Both the position numbers and the translations under genes were made by a program. A DNA stretch of 64,000 nucleotides from Mobula hypostoma (lineage: Eukaryota). The notes under the pieces were generated by a model. It was not told where the DNA came from. It saw nothing but the letters and a program-made list of their open reading frames with translations, and searched no databases. Positions 51,515-64,000 of this stretch are shown here, in pieces (position 1 is the stretch's first letter; every line of letters starts with the position of its first letter). The DNA lies in contig NC_086108.1 in assembly GCF_963921235.1 (NCBI RefSeq), positions 32,240,001 through 32,304,000 of the forward strand. Direction: 5' to 3'.

Positions 51515-52928
51515 GTAGGTAGGGCTGCTTTATTCTAAAATCTAATAGTTTTCCCATCGGTTTATAATTTCTTGGTGTTTGGTACTGGGTTGCGGAATTC
51601 CAGGAATAAGTTTCAGAATGTTGAACATCAATTAAAACTCAATGCAATGCCAGTCATTGACGGGGATACCCAAAAAGATAAAATGTTGGGGTGATACCTT
51701 TTTACTGTTAGAGTGTTGGAATAGGCTGTACGGCCCACGATGAGCTAATTAAGCTGATGTCTCCTAATTCCTTCTGCCTGCACATGGTCCGTATCCTTCC
51801 ATTCTCTGCATATTCAAGTGTTAAGAGTCGCTTAAACGGCTCTGCTGTGTCTGAGTGCAAAATAAGCTTGTCCTGTGTATCTCCTTTGAACTTCCCACCT
51901 TAGATGCGTGTCCTCTAGTTTTGACCATAGAATTGATAAAAATGCCTAATCTATTTTTGCCTCTTTTAATTCTATAAACTTCTATCGGTCTTTCATCGGT
52001 ATCAACTGCTCCAGAAAAAAAAACAACCCACGTCTGTCCAGCCCCTCGTTATAGCAAATGCTCTCTAATCCAGACAGTATCCTGGTAAATCTCTTTCTCC
52101 ACCTCCTCCATAGTCTCCACATTCTTCCTCTCATTGGGTGACCAGAGTTGGATGCTGCACTCCAAAACTGACCTAACCAGAGCTTCATAAAGCTGCAACA
52201 CAACTACCTTAACCAATTCCCCGTTCACTTATGAAGAATTTATCTGTCATTAGAAAGGAGGATTCTATGAATAAGAGGTTTAGAAAGGTGGTCAGTGATA
52301 ATGTTAACTTGAAATGTGGATCATAATGATTGACAAGGGCAAGTGGTAGGCCAGGTGACAGGGAATTTTCAGCTCCAGCAGTCAAATACCAAAAATCTCA
52401 TAAGGAAGTAAATGGCATTTGAAGAGATGAAACATAACAACAGGGGTTCCCAACCTTTTTTATGCCATGGACCCCTACCATTAACTGAGGAGTCTGTGGA
52501 TCCCAGGCTGGGAACCCTGCATTAGCAGGTGAAGCCTGAATTAACAGCTTAAAGGATTGGAGGAAGTACAAAGACTGAAAGCGCATAGGAAATAAAGTTG
52601 AAGTAGGTGGGTCCTTTTCTGACTGTCACAAGTGGAGTACCACAGGAATTGGTTTTTGCCCTTCATTTGCTTAAAGTTTATGTTAATACCCTGGGGGTGG
52701 GAACAAACTGGAAGGTTCCGAATGTGCTGCTGATACAAAATTAGGTGGAAGTGTGCGGTGATAGGGAGATTCTGTTTCTGCTGTAGGATCCAGGAAGAGT
52801 GAATAGGTCAAAACCTGGCGATGAGTGAGGTCATGCAGTTCAGTTACAGCTGTGGTTACCGCCCCCTTGTCTCCCAGACCAAATCCCCAGCGCCCTCCTC
52901 TCCATTGCATAAAAACTATAAAGAATTT

Positions 52929-55662
52929 TAGAAACACAGAAAACGTACAGCACAATACAGGCCCTTCGGCCCACAAAGCTGTGCCGAACATGTCCCTACC
53001 TTAGAACTACCTAGGCTTACCTATAGCCCTCTATTTTTCTAAGCTCCATGTAGCCATCGAGGAGTCTCTTAAAAGACCCTATGGTTTTCGTTTCCGCCTC
53101 CACCACTGCCACCGGCAGCCCATTCCACGCACTCACCACTCTGCGTTTTAAAAAAACTTACCCCTGACATCTCCTCTGTACCTACTCCCTTAAAGCTATG
53201 CCCACTTGTGCTAGCCATTTCAGCCCTGGGGAAAAGCGTCTGACTATCCACACGATCAATGCCTCTCATTATCTTGTATACCTTTATCAGGTCACCGCTC
53301 ATCCTCTGTCGCTCCAAGGAGAAAAGGCCAAGTTCACTCAACCTCTTCTCATAAGGCATGCTCCCCAATCCAGGCAACATCCTTGTAAATGTCCTCTGCA
53401 CCCTTTCTATGGTTTCCATGTCCTTCCTATAGGGAGGCAACCAGAACTGAGCACAGTACTCCAAGTGGGGTCTGACCAGGGTCCTATATAGCTGCAACAT
53501 TACCTCTTAATCTCAATCCCACGATTGAAGGCCAATGTACTGTATGCCTTCTTAGCCACAAAGTCAACCTGCGTAGCAGCTTTTAGTGTCCTATGGACTC
53601 GGACCCCAAGATCCCTCTGATCCCCCACACTGCCAAGAGTCTTACCATTAATGCTATATTCTGCCGCCATATTTGACCAACCAAAATGAACCACCACACA
53701 CTCATCTGGGTTGAACTCCATCTGCGACTTCTCAGCCCAATTTTGCATCCTATCAACGTCCTGTTGTAACCTCTGACAGCCCTCCACACTATCCACAACA
53801 CCCCCAACCTTTGTGTCATCAGCAAATTTACTAACCTATCCCTCCACTTCCTCATCTAGGTCATTTATAAAAATCACAAAGAGTAGGGGTCCCAGAACAG
53901 ATCCCTGAGGCACCCCACTGGTGACTGACCTCCATGCAGAATATGACCTGTCTACAACTACTCTTTGCTTTCTCTGGGCAAGCCAGTTCTGGATCCACAA
54001 AACAATGTCCCCTTGGATCCCATGCCTTCTTACTTTCTCAATAAGCCTTGCATGGGGTACCTTGTCAAATGCCTTGCTGAAATCCATATACACTACATCT
54101 ACTGCTCTACCTTCATCAATGTGCTTAGTCACATCTCAAAAAATTCAATCAGGCTGGTAAGGCATGACCTACCTTTGAACAAAGCCATGCTGATGATTCC
54201 TAGTCACATTATGCCTCTCCAAATGTTCATAAATCCTGCCTCTCAGGATCTTTTTCATCAACTTACCAACCACTGAAGTGAGACTCACTGGCCTATAATT
54301 TCCTAGGGTACCTCTACTCCCCTTCTTGAATAAGGGAACAACATCCGCAACCCTCCAATCCTCCAGAACCTCTCCCGTCCTCATTGATAATGCAAAGATC
54401 ATTGCCAGAGGCTCAGCAATCTCCTCCCTCAATTCCCACAGTAGCCTGGGGTACATCCCGTCTTGTCCCGGTGACTTCTCCAACTTGATGCTTTCCAAAA
54501 GCTCCAGCCCATCCCCTTTCTTAATATCTACATTCTCAGGCTTTTCAGTCCACTGCAAGTCATCCCTACAATCGTCACGATCCGTTTCCGTAGTGAATAC
54601 TGAAGCAACGTATTCATTAAGTACCTCCACTATTTCCTCCGGTTCCATACACACTTTTCCATTGTTACACATAATTTGTCCTATTCTCTCACGTCTTATC
54701 CTCTTACTCTTCACATACTTGTAGAATGCCTTGGGGTTTTCCTTAATCCTGTCCGCCAAGGCCTTCTCATGGCCCTTCTGGCTCTCCTAATATCATTCTT
54801 AAACTCCTTCCTGCTAGACTTATAATCTTCTAGATCTCTATCATTACCTAGTTTTTTGAACCTTTTACGCGCTTTTCTTTTTGACTAAATTTACAGCAGC
54901 CTTTGTACACCACAGATCTTGTATCCTACCATCTTTTCCATGTCTCATTGGAATGTCCCTACTCAGAACCCCACGCAAATACCCCCTGAACATTTGCCAC
55001 ACTTCTTCTGTATGTTTCCCTGACAACATCTGTTTCCAATTTATGCTTCCAAGTTCCTGCCTGATAGCCTCGTATTTCCCCTTACTCCAATTAAACATTT
55101 CCCTAACTTGTCTGTTCCTATCCCTCTCCAATGCTATGGTAAAGGACATAGAATTGTGATCACTATCTCCAAAATGCTGTCCCACTGAGAGACCTGACAC
55201 CTGACCAGGTTCATTTCCCCAATACCAGATCAAGTACAGTATCTCCTCTTGTTGGCTTACATATTGTGTCAAGAAACCTTCCTGAACACACCTAACAAAC
55301 TCTACCCCATCTAAACCCCTCACTCTAGGGAGATGCCAATCGATATTTGGGAAATTAAAATCTCCGAACACAACAACCCTGTTATTATTACTCCTTTCCA
55401 GAATCTGTCTCCTTATCTGCTCCTAGATGTCGCTGTTACTATTGGGTGGTCTATAAAAAACACCCAGTAGAGTTATTGACCCCTTCCTATTCCTACCTTC
55501 TACCCACAGAGACTCTGTAGACAACCCCTCCATGACTTCCTCCTTTTCTGTAGCCGTGACACTATCTCTGATCAACAGTGCCATGCCCCCACCTCTTTTG
55601 ACTTCCTCCCTATCTTTTCTGAAATATCTAAAGCCTGGCACTTGAAGGAGCCATTCCTGCCC
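52929..55662 (-). mobile_element. CR1 LINE (same subfamily as 4793-7626), pseudogenised, in ITPA intron 1
   Basis: [45 protein letters not shown] and LVRPHLEYC motifs on the minus strand; same 3' UTR. Confidence 0.95.
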
Positions 55663-55859
55663 ATTTTGATCTACAATGCACAGTGAAAGAAAATAGGAAC
55701 TGTAAATTCAAAGCAGTGACAAATAATTGCAAATATTCAAATCTATTTAAAGCTGCAAATAACATTATTTCTTCAATTTCAGTAAAAACAATTTTCATTA
55801 ACAATTTTAGAGTGTACGTTAGTAGTCCAACTATTCACTATTTCATTGCTTTTTCACCT

Positions 55860-56480
55860 TTCAATGAGATGGATGGGCTTGGTGCAGTGATATCAGCTTC
55901 TCAATATCAGGCTGAATGTCACTCAGATGGAGTCTCAGATCCCCAAGTTCAGTAAGTTGCAATCTGTTTTGTTGCTTTGAAAGAAGTTGGGTGACTGCAC
56001 TGATGCCGTGCTCCACTAAGCATAATGTTGGAAAGGCCCTAAAGAAGATCGTGGCGTTTTCCCACAGTTCAAGATGGTGTTCAGAGATTTCTTTCTGCAA
56101 CCAATTATTTTTTAAACCCTGGTTTCAGCTCAAAAGTTATTTTGTAGTGAGATCAGTTCTTCCTCCATCCTTCCTGTTAGTTCCTCATTATAAGTGTTCT
56201 GGAATGGATCTATTACCCAATCTGGAATTTGGATCAAGGGAAGATTCTGGAATTTCTCTGATGTGACTTTATGCAGCTCACCCAGGTGGGCACAGTATAC
56301 TTGAAGATCATCATCTGGTATTCTTCCTTTCTCTTCCAACTCGAGGAGGCTTGGAAATTGCAAAAGGTCGGGACAGCCAATATTGCACGTAATTAGGGTT
56401 AGCTTGGATGGAAATGTAGAGACCACTGGTTTGACTTTGATAATATTCACATCATTTTTCTGCAATTGAAGATTAGCAGA
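55860..56480 (-). mobile_element. hAT (Charlie/Buster, SCAND3-like) transposase C-terminal remnant
   Basis: IPDWVIDPF...EELISLQ, AFPTLCLVEHGISAV..LLSK..NRL...GDLRL...QAHPSH*; frameshifted. Confidence 0.8.
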
Positions 56481-56838
56481 AAAATGATGATGCTGATTGG
56501 TTCATGAACTAAATGATTGAAGGCATCTAGCTGACTTGTAACCTGGCGCTGTGTGGCTTCAGGCTTCTGTACCCCTTCCCCAATGGTAGCTGTGAGAAGA
56601 TGGCATGATCCGGGTGGTGGGGATCAATCATTCACATAAACATCAAAAGTTGTAGTGATTTGCTTTCTGTCTCTCACCAGTTGCCTTCAGATTACAGAGA
56701 ACCTCCTGCCCAATGCTTTCTACCAGGAGACAAGAAAGAGTTCCAGTACTTTGGGAGCACCATGGTGTAGTGTGTGGTCATACTGGCCTGTTTCAAAGGA
56801 TAATATGGCAGTAGAGTCTCTTCCAAAAATCCAGATTT

Positions 56839-57397
56839 ATGATTTATTCCCCAGCAGAGTTAGTCCCTGGGAAAGGATAATTTGCCTCTTCTGCAGGTCT
56901 ATGGGTTCAGAAGAGACTAATGGGGCCGATGTGGGAGCCACAGACTTTCCACACCATGGGGTTGGAGGTGCATGGTGTGGCTAGTCAGGGTGTTTATGAG
57001 ATGGTGCTCTGCATATGCAGAATCTCAGTGTGCCGTCAATGTGTGTCTCGAGGTACTCAATAACAGGCCAAGTTCTTCATCGCCACTTTAAGTGCTCATG
57101 GCCAGAGAGAAGTGGGAATTTTGTTATGATTTAGATTATCCTTGAGTCTTTTTCTCTGTCCTTCTGAAAATCTGCTTCAATATCAAAGTTCAGGATAGAG
57201 TGCCTGCTTTGGGAACCTGGTGTCGGGCATAGACCAATCTGGCTTTCCCAGCATGGCTTACTGAGTCTAACCAGAATCTCTGGGCTGGTGGTGCTACCCT
57301 GTTGTCCGAAGGATAGATTGATCTGACGGGCAAGTTGGCAGTGGACCTTGACTTTGTGGATGTTGGGTGGAAGGCACATCTTCTCACATGCTTCAGT
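56839..57397 (-). repeat. Right arm of the inverted duplication
   Basis: Reverse complement of 49928-50410, plus ~76 extra nt. Confidence 0.9.
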
Positions 57398-57617
57398 GAA
57401 CCATTTAAGGAGGGAGGAGTGAATAAGATGTTATTTCTATAGTTCTCATCTCCTTTATGCTTATGTTGAAGTGGTTTTGGTGAGTCAACACACTGATGAT
57501 TTTAATATGCAACAAAAATATGACAAAATTATCTTTTAAAAATAGCCCAAAATTGTGTAAATACAGGGTCTTTTAGTTCGAATCCTTAATTAATCTTACT
57601 CTGTTGTTTGTGAACAG

Positions 57618-57675
57618 GTTGTTCAAATTCTAGGTGACAAGTTTCCTTTCACACTTGTTTCCAAAAAGATTGACT
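57618..57675 (+). CDS. ITPA: ITPA coding exon 2
   Basis: aacag|VVQILGDKFPFTLVSKKID|gtaag; 58 nt. Confidence 0.95.
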
Positions 57676-57763
57676 GTAAGTAACATACTTTGTTTTACTT
57701 TAGTCGTAACATTTGATGAAAATTAGAAGATAAGACATTTGTGCTTTAATAATTTTTCTCCAG

Positions 57764-57828
57764 TACCAGAGTACCAGGGTGAGCCAGATGAAATTTCAAT
57801 AAAGAAATGTCAGGAAGCAGCTCGAGAG
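57764..57828 (+). CDS. ITPA: ITPA coding exon 3
   Basis: ctccag|[22 protein letters not shown]|gtacgt; 65 nt, after an 88-nt intron. Confidence 0.95.
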
Positions 57829-59702
57829 GTACGTGCTCATCACAGATTCTTATCGTCTGCTCAGAGTGCTTATGAATGAATCATTACATAATTTTCCAAA
57901 AAGTGTACAATAGCTAGGATTCTTTAAATTGTTTATTTGTTTAGGTAATGTGGACATACCGACCATGATTCAAGATTATCCATCCCTAAGTGCCACCTCT
58001 GTTGAGAGACAGTAGAGAGTTGATGGGCCAGCAATCAGTTGTGGGCCAGACAGAGTAGGGATGGTAGATTTCTTTTCCTGAAAAACACTGGAGAACCAGA
58101 AGGGGTTTCAAAACAAGCCTGTAGTTTTTTGGCTGATGTACAGATGCCAGTCGAGTACAATGACTCTAGTACTATATGGCTGATTTTATACAGTTCTCTA
58201 ATACTACTATAATTTTTATGCCATTGTTTTCACTACTTTATATTTTCTATATTGTGTATGTTCTTCACATTTCACTCTTGGGTGTGCAGAATGACTGGGC
58301 AATTGTTTCATAAGCCTTTGCTGCACAGATGCTGTTGGTTTGCCATTTAAGTTATCGGACTAGTAATCCAGGGAACTGTGTAAACAACTCAGTGACCCAA
58401 GTTCAAACCCACCAAGACAGCCGTGAAATTAAAATTCAATTAATGACCTACAATTTATGCACTGGAAAAATAAAATTCTAAGCAGTCTGTAACTAAAAAG
58501 AGCATGAAATCCTCCCAGGTTGTGATATTACCTATCTGCTTCACTAAAAATCTTCAGGAGAGAAGATCTGCTACCCTTGCCCAGCGTGGGCTATACACGT
58601 TTCCAGATAAGCCCCACGTGGCTGATTCTGAAATGAAGTGGTCTGACGTGCTATGCATTTTGACCAGTACTGCTCCGACAAGGAAGTGCCTAACCACCCA
58701 CCTGTCTCTCTCAGTGGCATTATCATCATCAGGTCTTCTGTCATCTATATCTTGGAAGTTTCCATTGACCAGAAAACGTAACTAGATCAGTTACATTAAT
58801 AATGTGGCAACAGGAATGGATTCGAGGCTGGTTATCCTGCAGTGAATGATTCATTTTCCGACAGCCCAGGGCCTTTCTGCCATCTGCAGTGCATGTACTG
58901 TAATATTCTCCATTTGCCTGGATGAGTGTAATGTTCAGCAACCCTCAAGGAGCTCAGTGCCATCCGGGACAGAACAGCCCTTTTGATTGTCATCCCATCT
59001 ACCATCCTAAGCATTCATCCCTTCTCGGCGTCTTCAGCTTGTAGCATCCCAAAAAAAGGCACCGTGGTTATTCGCCCAAGCTACTCTGGTGGCAGCTCCC
59101 AAGCCCAGCAAACCTGCCATCACAAAGGGCAAGGGCTGCAGCTGCACAGTGGCACCGCCACCCGCAGGTTCCCCTCCGAGATGACCATCATCCTGACTAG
59201 GGAAATGCACCGCAGGTCCTTCATTTCACTGGGCCAGAATCCCGCAGTTCCTTACCCGGCAACACTCTACAGCTTGCACCAGTTCAAGAAGGCAGATAGC
59301 CATCGCTTTCTCAAGAGCAATTCAGTCTGGGCAATAAACGCAATGGTACTGTTACTGGCCGGAGCCTAAAATGGAGTTTGAAAATGCTAAGTACAATGGA
59401 GTTCGTGATTCCACAGACCTGAACTTTCATCTGCTAGTACTTGTTTTATGGTGTTCACCTCTGCCCAGAGGACATAGTCCAGCCAGTGTTCCAGGTAGGT
59501 GTTTCATCAGCTGCTATCTGTAGCTGTTTTTCATCATAAAAGTCAGGTGATGGAAAGGGTAATTTGCCAAGAGAGCCAAACTGCTGGGAGTCTCTACAGC
59601 ACAATAAACAAATGGTAGTGAATTCCAATCTTAAGCTAATATGAAGACCTCGAATTATAGCTACATAGTGAAATTTAACAGATATCAACTTTATTTCTTT
59701 AG

Positions 59703-59776
59703 GTCCAAGGCCCTGTTATAGTAGAGGACACATGTCTGTGCTTCAATGCACTTGGCGGCCTTCCTGGTCCATACAT
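59703..59776 (+). CDS. ITPA: ITPA coding exon 4
   Basis: tttag|VQGPVIVEDTCLCFNALGGLPGPY|gtaagt; 74 nt; contains the catalytic EDT motif. No later exons found in the window. Confidence 0.95.
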
Positions 59777-61842
59777 GTAAGTAGAAACTTGCAGTTGTTT
59801 TGTTTACTATTTCTCCTCACGTTCAGAATATTTTACTTTACAGTGTAACTTTCACTATTTTGTACTAAGCCATAGAGAGCAAGGACTTCTAATGTAGTCT
59901 TGTCTGTGGTGGGCCATTTGACAAGCGTGGCTGAAGTTGATTTCAGAAGCTCCTGAGTTACAGGCCAGTATCCAATTAACCTTCACGGAGGTGGATCTGA
60001 ATTAAAAATGGTCCTACGACGATAAGGCAAAACTCATTTGTTACGAAGATCAGTACAGCACAGAAACGGGCCCTCTGGCAAACCATATCTGCACCAACCA
60101 TGATAATCTAACTAATCCCACCATTCTGCACATGGTGTGTATCCCTCTGTTCCTTACCAGTCGTGAGCCCATCTAAATGCCTCTTAAATGTGATTATCAT
60201 ACCTGTTTCCATCTCCTATTCAGGCAGTACATTCCAGTAACCACCATTCTCCTTTAAAACAAAAACTCAATTTGCAGATCATCTTTAAACTTTCTGTCCT
60301 TCACCTTAAGCCTATGCACTCTAGTATTTGACAGTGCCACCCAGGGGGAGGGGGAAGATTTTGACTGCCTACCCTTTATTTGCCCCTCATAATTTTATGT
60401 ACTTCTGCTGAATCTCCCCTCAGCCTCTGACACTCCAAGTTTGTCCAACTTCTTGTAGCTAATGCTCTCCAATCTGGGCACATCCTGGTGACCACCTTCT
60501 CCCTCTTCAGAGCGTCCACATCCTTGCTGAAGTGCAGTGACTGGGCCATACACAAGATTCTAAATATGGCCTAACCAAACATGACTTTCTAGCTTTTGTA
60601 CTCTTATGCTGTGACCAAAGAAGCCAAGTGTGACATGCGCCTTCTCTACCTCCCTCGCCACATGTACTGCTGCTTTTGTTATTTCCTCCTCGTCCTCAAA
60701 GTTCACCTGCTGTATTATCCAGCCCAGGGGTTCTCAACCTTTTTTATGCCATGGACCAATACCATTAAACAAGTGAACCACAAACGCGAGAAAATCTGCA
60801 GATACTGGAAATCAAAAGCAGCACAACACAAAATCCTCCAGCATTTTGTGTGTGTTCCATTAAGTAAGTGGTCCATAGACCTCAGGTTGGGATTCCCTGA
60901 TCTATGAAAGTTGGCAACTTGGACTTGTGCTGTCTGTGGAACAATAGTCCAATGTGAATTGACGCTCAGTGCTGAAAAGGCTCTTTCAATCCCTCAAGAA
61001 TACCACAGTAGTACCGCATACAAGGCTGCAATCAATAGGTGTTTGGGTGCTGAGGAAATTGTAGGATATGAGAGTCAGACAGGAGAGTGCATAAGGTGCA
61101 AGAAAGGCTGTGATCTTGGTAAGTGGCACAGCTTTCATGAGAGCCGATTTAACTTTGCCCCTTTAGTTTCTGCACTACAAGATCTGCCCTCCTTTCACTT
61201 CCAGACAAATCTGCTGAAACTGACAATCCTTCTCCTCCTCTCCAAAATAACACCAGGGTCCACCTAGCCTGCCCCAGGGAGTAGCGACCTGCTGAGTGAT
61301 GCTATACAATGCCACACTCAGAGCTGCCATGCAATCTCTGGGAGAGTTGCAAATTTTAAAAACTCTCGAGTAACTGATGGGAGAAATTCTGAGTGTTTCT
61401 CACCTTTGGACACTCAACAGTTTGTCCAGGAGAACACTTGCCCAAATTACTTGCTTGTGATAATGTAGATGATTTGTATCTGAATGCAGGTTTTTGAAAA
61501 ACTGCTAAGGAAACATCGTGGAAATTTGAGGTATATTATCCTGGTTATCAACCCGAATCAAACAGGATCAAATTGCATTGCGTTTTGTTCTTTGTTCTCC
61601 CAGTTCAGGAATTAAAATTAGAAACTAGTTCATGGGAGAGCATTAATGTGAGAATGAAGCCGCTAATGACTGAGATATGCACTGAAAGTACTGCAGTTTC
61701 CTTATCTTGAATTGTCCTACAATCAGCGATACTGGGATAAATGTTGTTAAATTTTCTCTATTAAAAGATTTCCAGAAGTGTGTACACTTAACAGAATTGG
61801 GGGAAACTCCTCATAGAATTATCTTCCTAAAATAAAACCAAG

Positions 61843-63690
61843 ATGCAAAACTGGGCTGAGAAGCGGCAGATGGAGTTCAACCCAGAGAAGTGTGAGGTGG
61901 TTCATTTTAGTAGGTCAAATATGATAGCAGAACATAGTATTAATGATATAACTTTTGGCAGTGTGGAGAATCAGAAGGATCTTGGGGTCCGAGAACATAC
62001 GACACTCAAAGCTGCTGTGCAGGTTGACTGTGTAGTTAAGAAGGCAGACAGTGGTAGAGATGTATAAAATGATGAGAGGCATTGATCATGTGGATAGTTG
62101 GAGGCTTTTTCCCAGGGCTGAAATGGCTAACACGAGAGGGCACAGTTTTAAAGTGCTTGAAGTAGGTACAGAGGAGATGTCAGGGGTAAGTTTTTTACGC
62201 AGAGAGTGGTGAGTGCGTGGAATGGGCTGCCGGCAACTGTGGTGGAGGCGGATATGATGGGGTCTTTTAAGAGACTCTTGGATAGATACATGGAGCTTAG
62301 AAAAATAGAGGGCTATGGGTAGCCCAAGGTAATTTCTAAAGTAAGTACACCCTATCCTCATTATATGTGAGGGATAAGTTCCTCGACACATAATGTGAAT
62401 AATTATTTAAATGGAGAAAATAGGGATGCTTTCCAGAGGGCTTCCTAAATATGTTTTACCTGTAACTTATTCACATTTTTATACCAATACGACACAAAAT
62501 CAGAACTACAAGACAACACTTGTATTATATTTAATCAATTTAAGGTAATATTCAATGTAATAAGTCATAGAAAGTTAACATCCTCTGGCGTACAGTACTC
62601 ACCAGTGGCAGGTGTGTTCGCTCCGGGAGATGAGTGGTTGTTGTGGTGTCGGGCAGCTTTACATAGATAACATGGTTGGTTGTGGTCGTCAGGATAATAT
62701 CAAGCACAGCAAGGGGTGAATGAAGACTCACAGAACTCTTAGAACTGCCGGCAGCAGAAAGATTGCAGTGATTTACGTAAGGTTGTGCCGGTTGTTTGCT
62801 TGGCAGCATTTTGTTTTTCAGCATAAATTTGCTTGTAGGGAAGAAGGGTTGAAGGCAGGGAACGACTGAAATGCTGACTCTGTTCTAAACTTGGGTCCAT
62901 GTCCATCGCCATTTGTGTTCCGACTTCCACCATTCCTTCACCGTTGGTTAGCTCCCGGGATTTTCAAAATCGTCTGTTACTTGCAGCATCTAAGAGATAG
63001 TTCACCATAAAAAAAAAATACGCACGCCTTGAATGTGGATTACACCGGTCAAGTGGTTGAATCAGCGATGTTGTGTTAGGCGGCAGGAAATGTACTGTTA
63101 TGTTAGGATGAATGCTGTCCAAATGTGTAGGATACGCTGGCGCATTGTCAAGCAACAAAAGAACTTTAAAGGCAAGATTCTGTTCCGGGCAGTAGATGCT
63201 GTGCTGTTTATAATATTCAACTTTTTTTCAAGTGTTAAAGTGGTTCTCTGCCGCTCGGCTGAGGTCCCAAGACATGACATTGGACACTTAGGAGGCATAA
63301 TTAAATATTTCAAGCACAAAATCACTGCACTGTAGATAAAACCAACAGAAGTTTAAGATCGCGCATCCGCACCTTGCCAAAACCAATGCGAGAGTGACGG
63401 GAGAGAGATTGTGAGGCGCGTACACCTGACTTGTATTGGCAGGAAAGCAGTGCTTCTCATCCCAACAGTGAGACTGTGAGGTGTGCGCACGTGACTTGTA
63501 TTGGCGGGAAGGCAGTGCTCCTCGCATAACTGTGAATTTTGGACACGTATAATGAGACGTTGATAGAAATAGGTTCCTCGCATAACTGTGAATTCGCATA
63601 GTCTGAAGACGCATATAATGAGGATAGAGTGTATGTGTTCGGCACAGCGTTGTAGGCCAAAGGGCCTGTCGTGTGCTGTATGTTTTCTAT
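61843..63690 (+). mobile_element. 5'-truncated, internally deleted CR1 with a Tigger inserted in its 3' UTR
   Basis: MQNWAEKRQMEFNPEKC. The 3' UTR breaks at aagtaagTA (62347) and resumes as tgttcggcacagc at ~63634. Confidence 0.85.
62348..63631 (-). mobile_element. Internally deleted Tigger/pogo transposon
   Basis: TIRs CACCCTATCCTCATTATATG / CATATAATGAGGATAGAGTG with TA TSD. N-terminus (RQRTTLTLEKKLNII) is joined almost directly to the DDE segment LLDNAPAYP...FLPPNTTSLIQPLD. Confidence 0.9.
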
Positions 63691-64000
63691 GCTTATTGCT
63701 TGCCCCTTCAATCTTTGTTTCAAGCACCACTGTATTTTGAATTTGGTAATTATTGTCTTGTTATAGGTACCATCAGTAGAATATAGTATCTTCAACACAT
63801 ACCTTTTGTCTATTGGAAGGTACAGGCAAATTTAGGAAGACAAATTGTATTCCAATGAAATTTTTCCACATTAACTTGGGATATTCCAAAGCAACAGGCA
63901 ATCAACCAACGATGTTTTTCTGAAGTGCAGAGACGTGCAATAAAGAAAAAATAGACCATAAGATGTGGAAGCAGAAATTAGGCCATTCAGCCCATCGAAT

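Noticed and set aside
55860-56480. Possible domesticated SCAND3/ZBED gene
   Set aside because: Only a frameshifted C-terminal fragment inside an intron.
61485-61535. Candidate ITPA exon 5 (gcag|gtttttgaaaaactg...)
   Set aside because: Does not encode the expected KWFLEKLKPEG-like peptide. Exon 5 probably lies beyond the window.
1-64000. CRISPR array, retron or other prokaryotic RT system
   Set aside because: All RT motifs belong to eukaryotic CR1, Rex1 or RTE elements; no regularly spaced repeats; genes have spliceosomal introns.

Overview
This is vertebrate nuclear DNA, most likely a cartilaginous fish (the repeat content suggests a ray or shark; inference). Three genes are present. (1) A complete 8-coding-exon METTL13 on the minus strand (ATG 48389 to TGA 17513). 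The exons I traced sum to 2100 nt = 699 aa + stop, all with GT-AG introns and consistent phases. (2) Coding exon 1 of a classical dynamin, most likely DNM3, downstream on the same strand (9745-9585). (3) The first four coding exons of ITPA on the plus strand (51452-59776), head-to-head with METTL13 across a ~250-bp CCAAT/ETS/CRE/YY1 promoter. The rest is dense, often nested transposon debris: CR1, Rex1/Babar, RTE and L1-like LINEs, Penelope-like elements, tRNA/V/Deu-type SINEs, Tigger, Tc1 and hAT elements, and a solo LTR. The most notable unexplained structures are a ~0.5-kb near-identical inverted repeat bracketing the shared promoter and both first exons, Penelope-associated hammerhead-ribozyme motifs (one family carries CUGCUGA in place of CUGAUGA), a locally templated inverted insertion, a composite three-layer MITE, and DNM1L-like residues in the dynamin P-loop. 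There is no prokaryotic system or CRISPR array. Nearly all short ORFs in the track are repeat-derived or antisense shadows.
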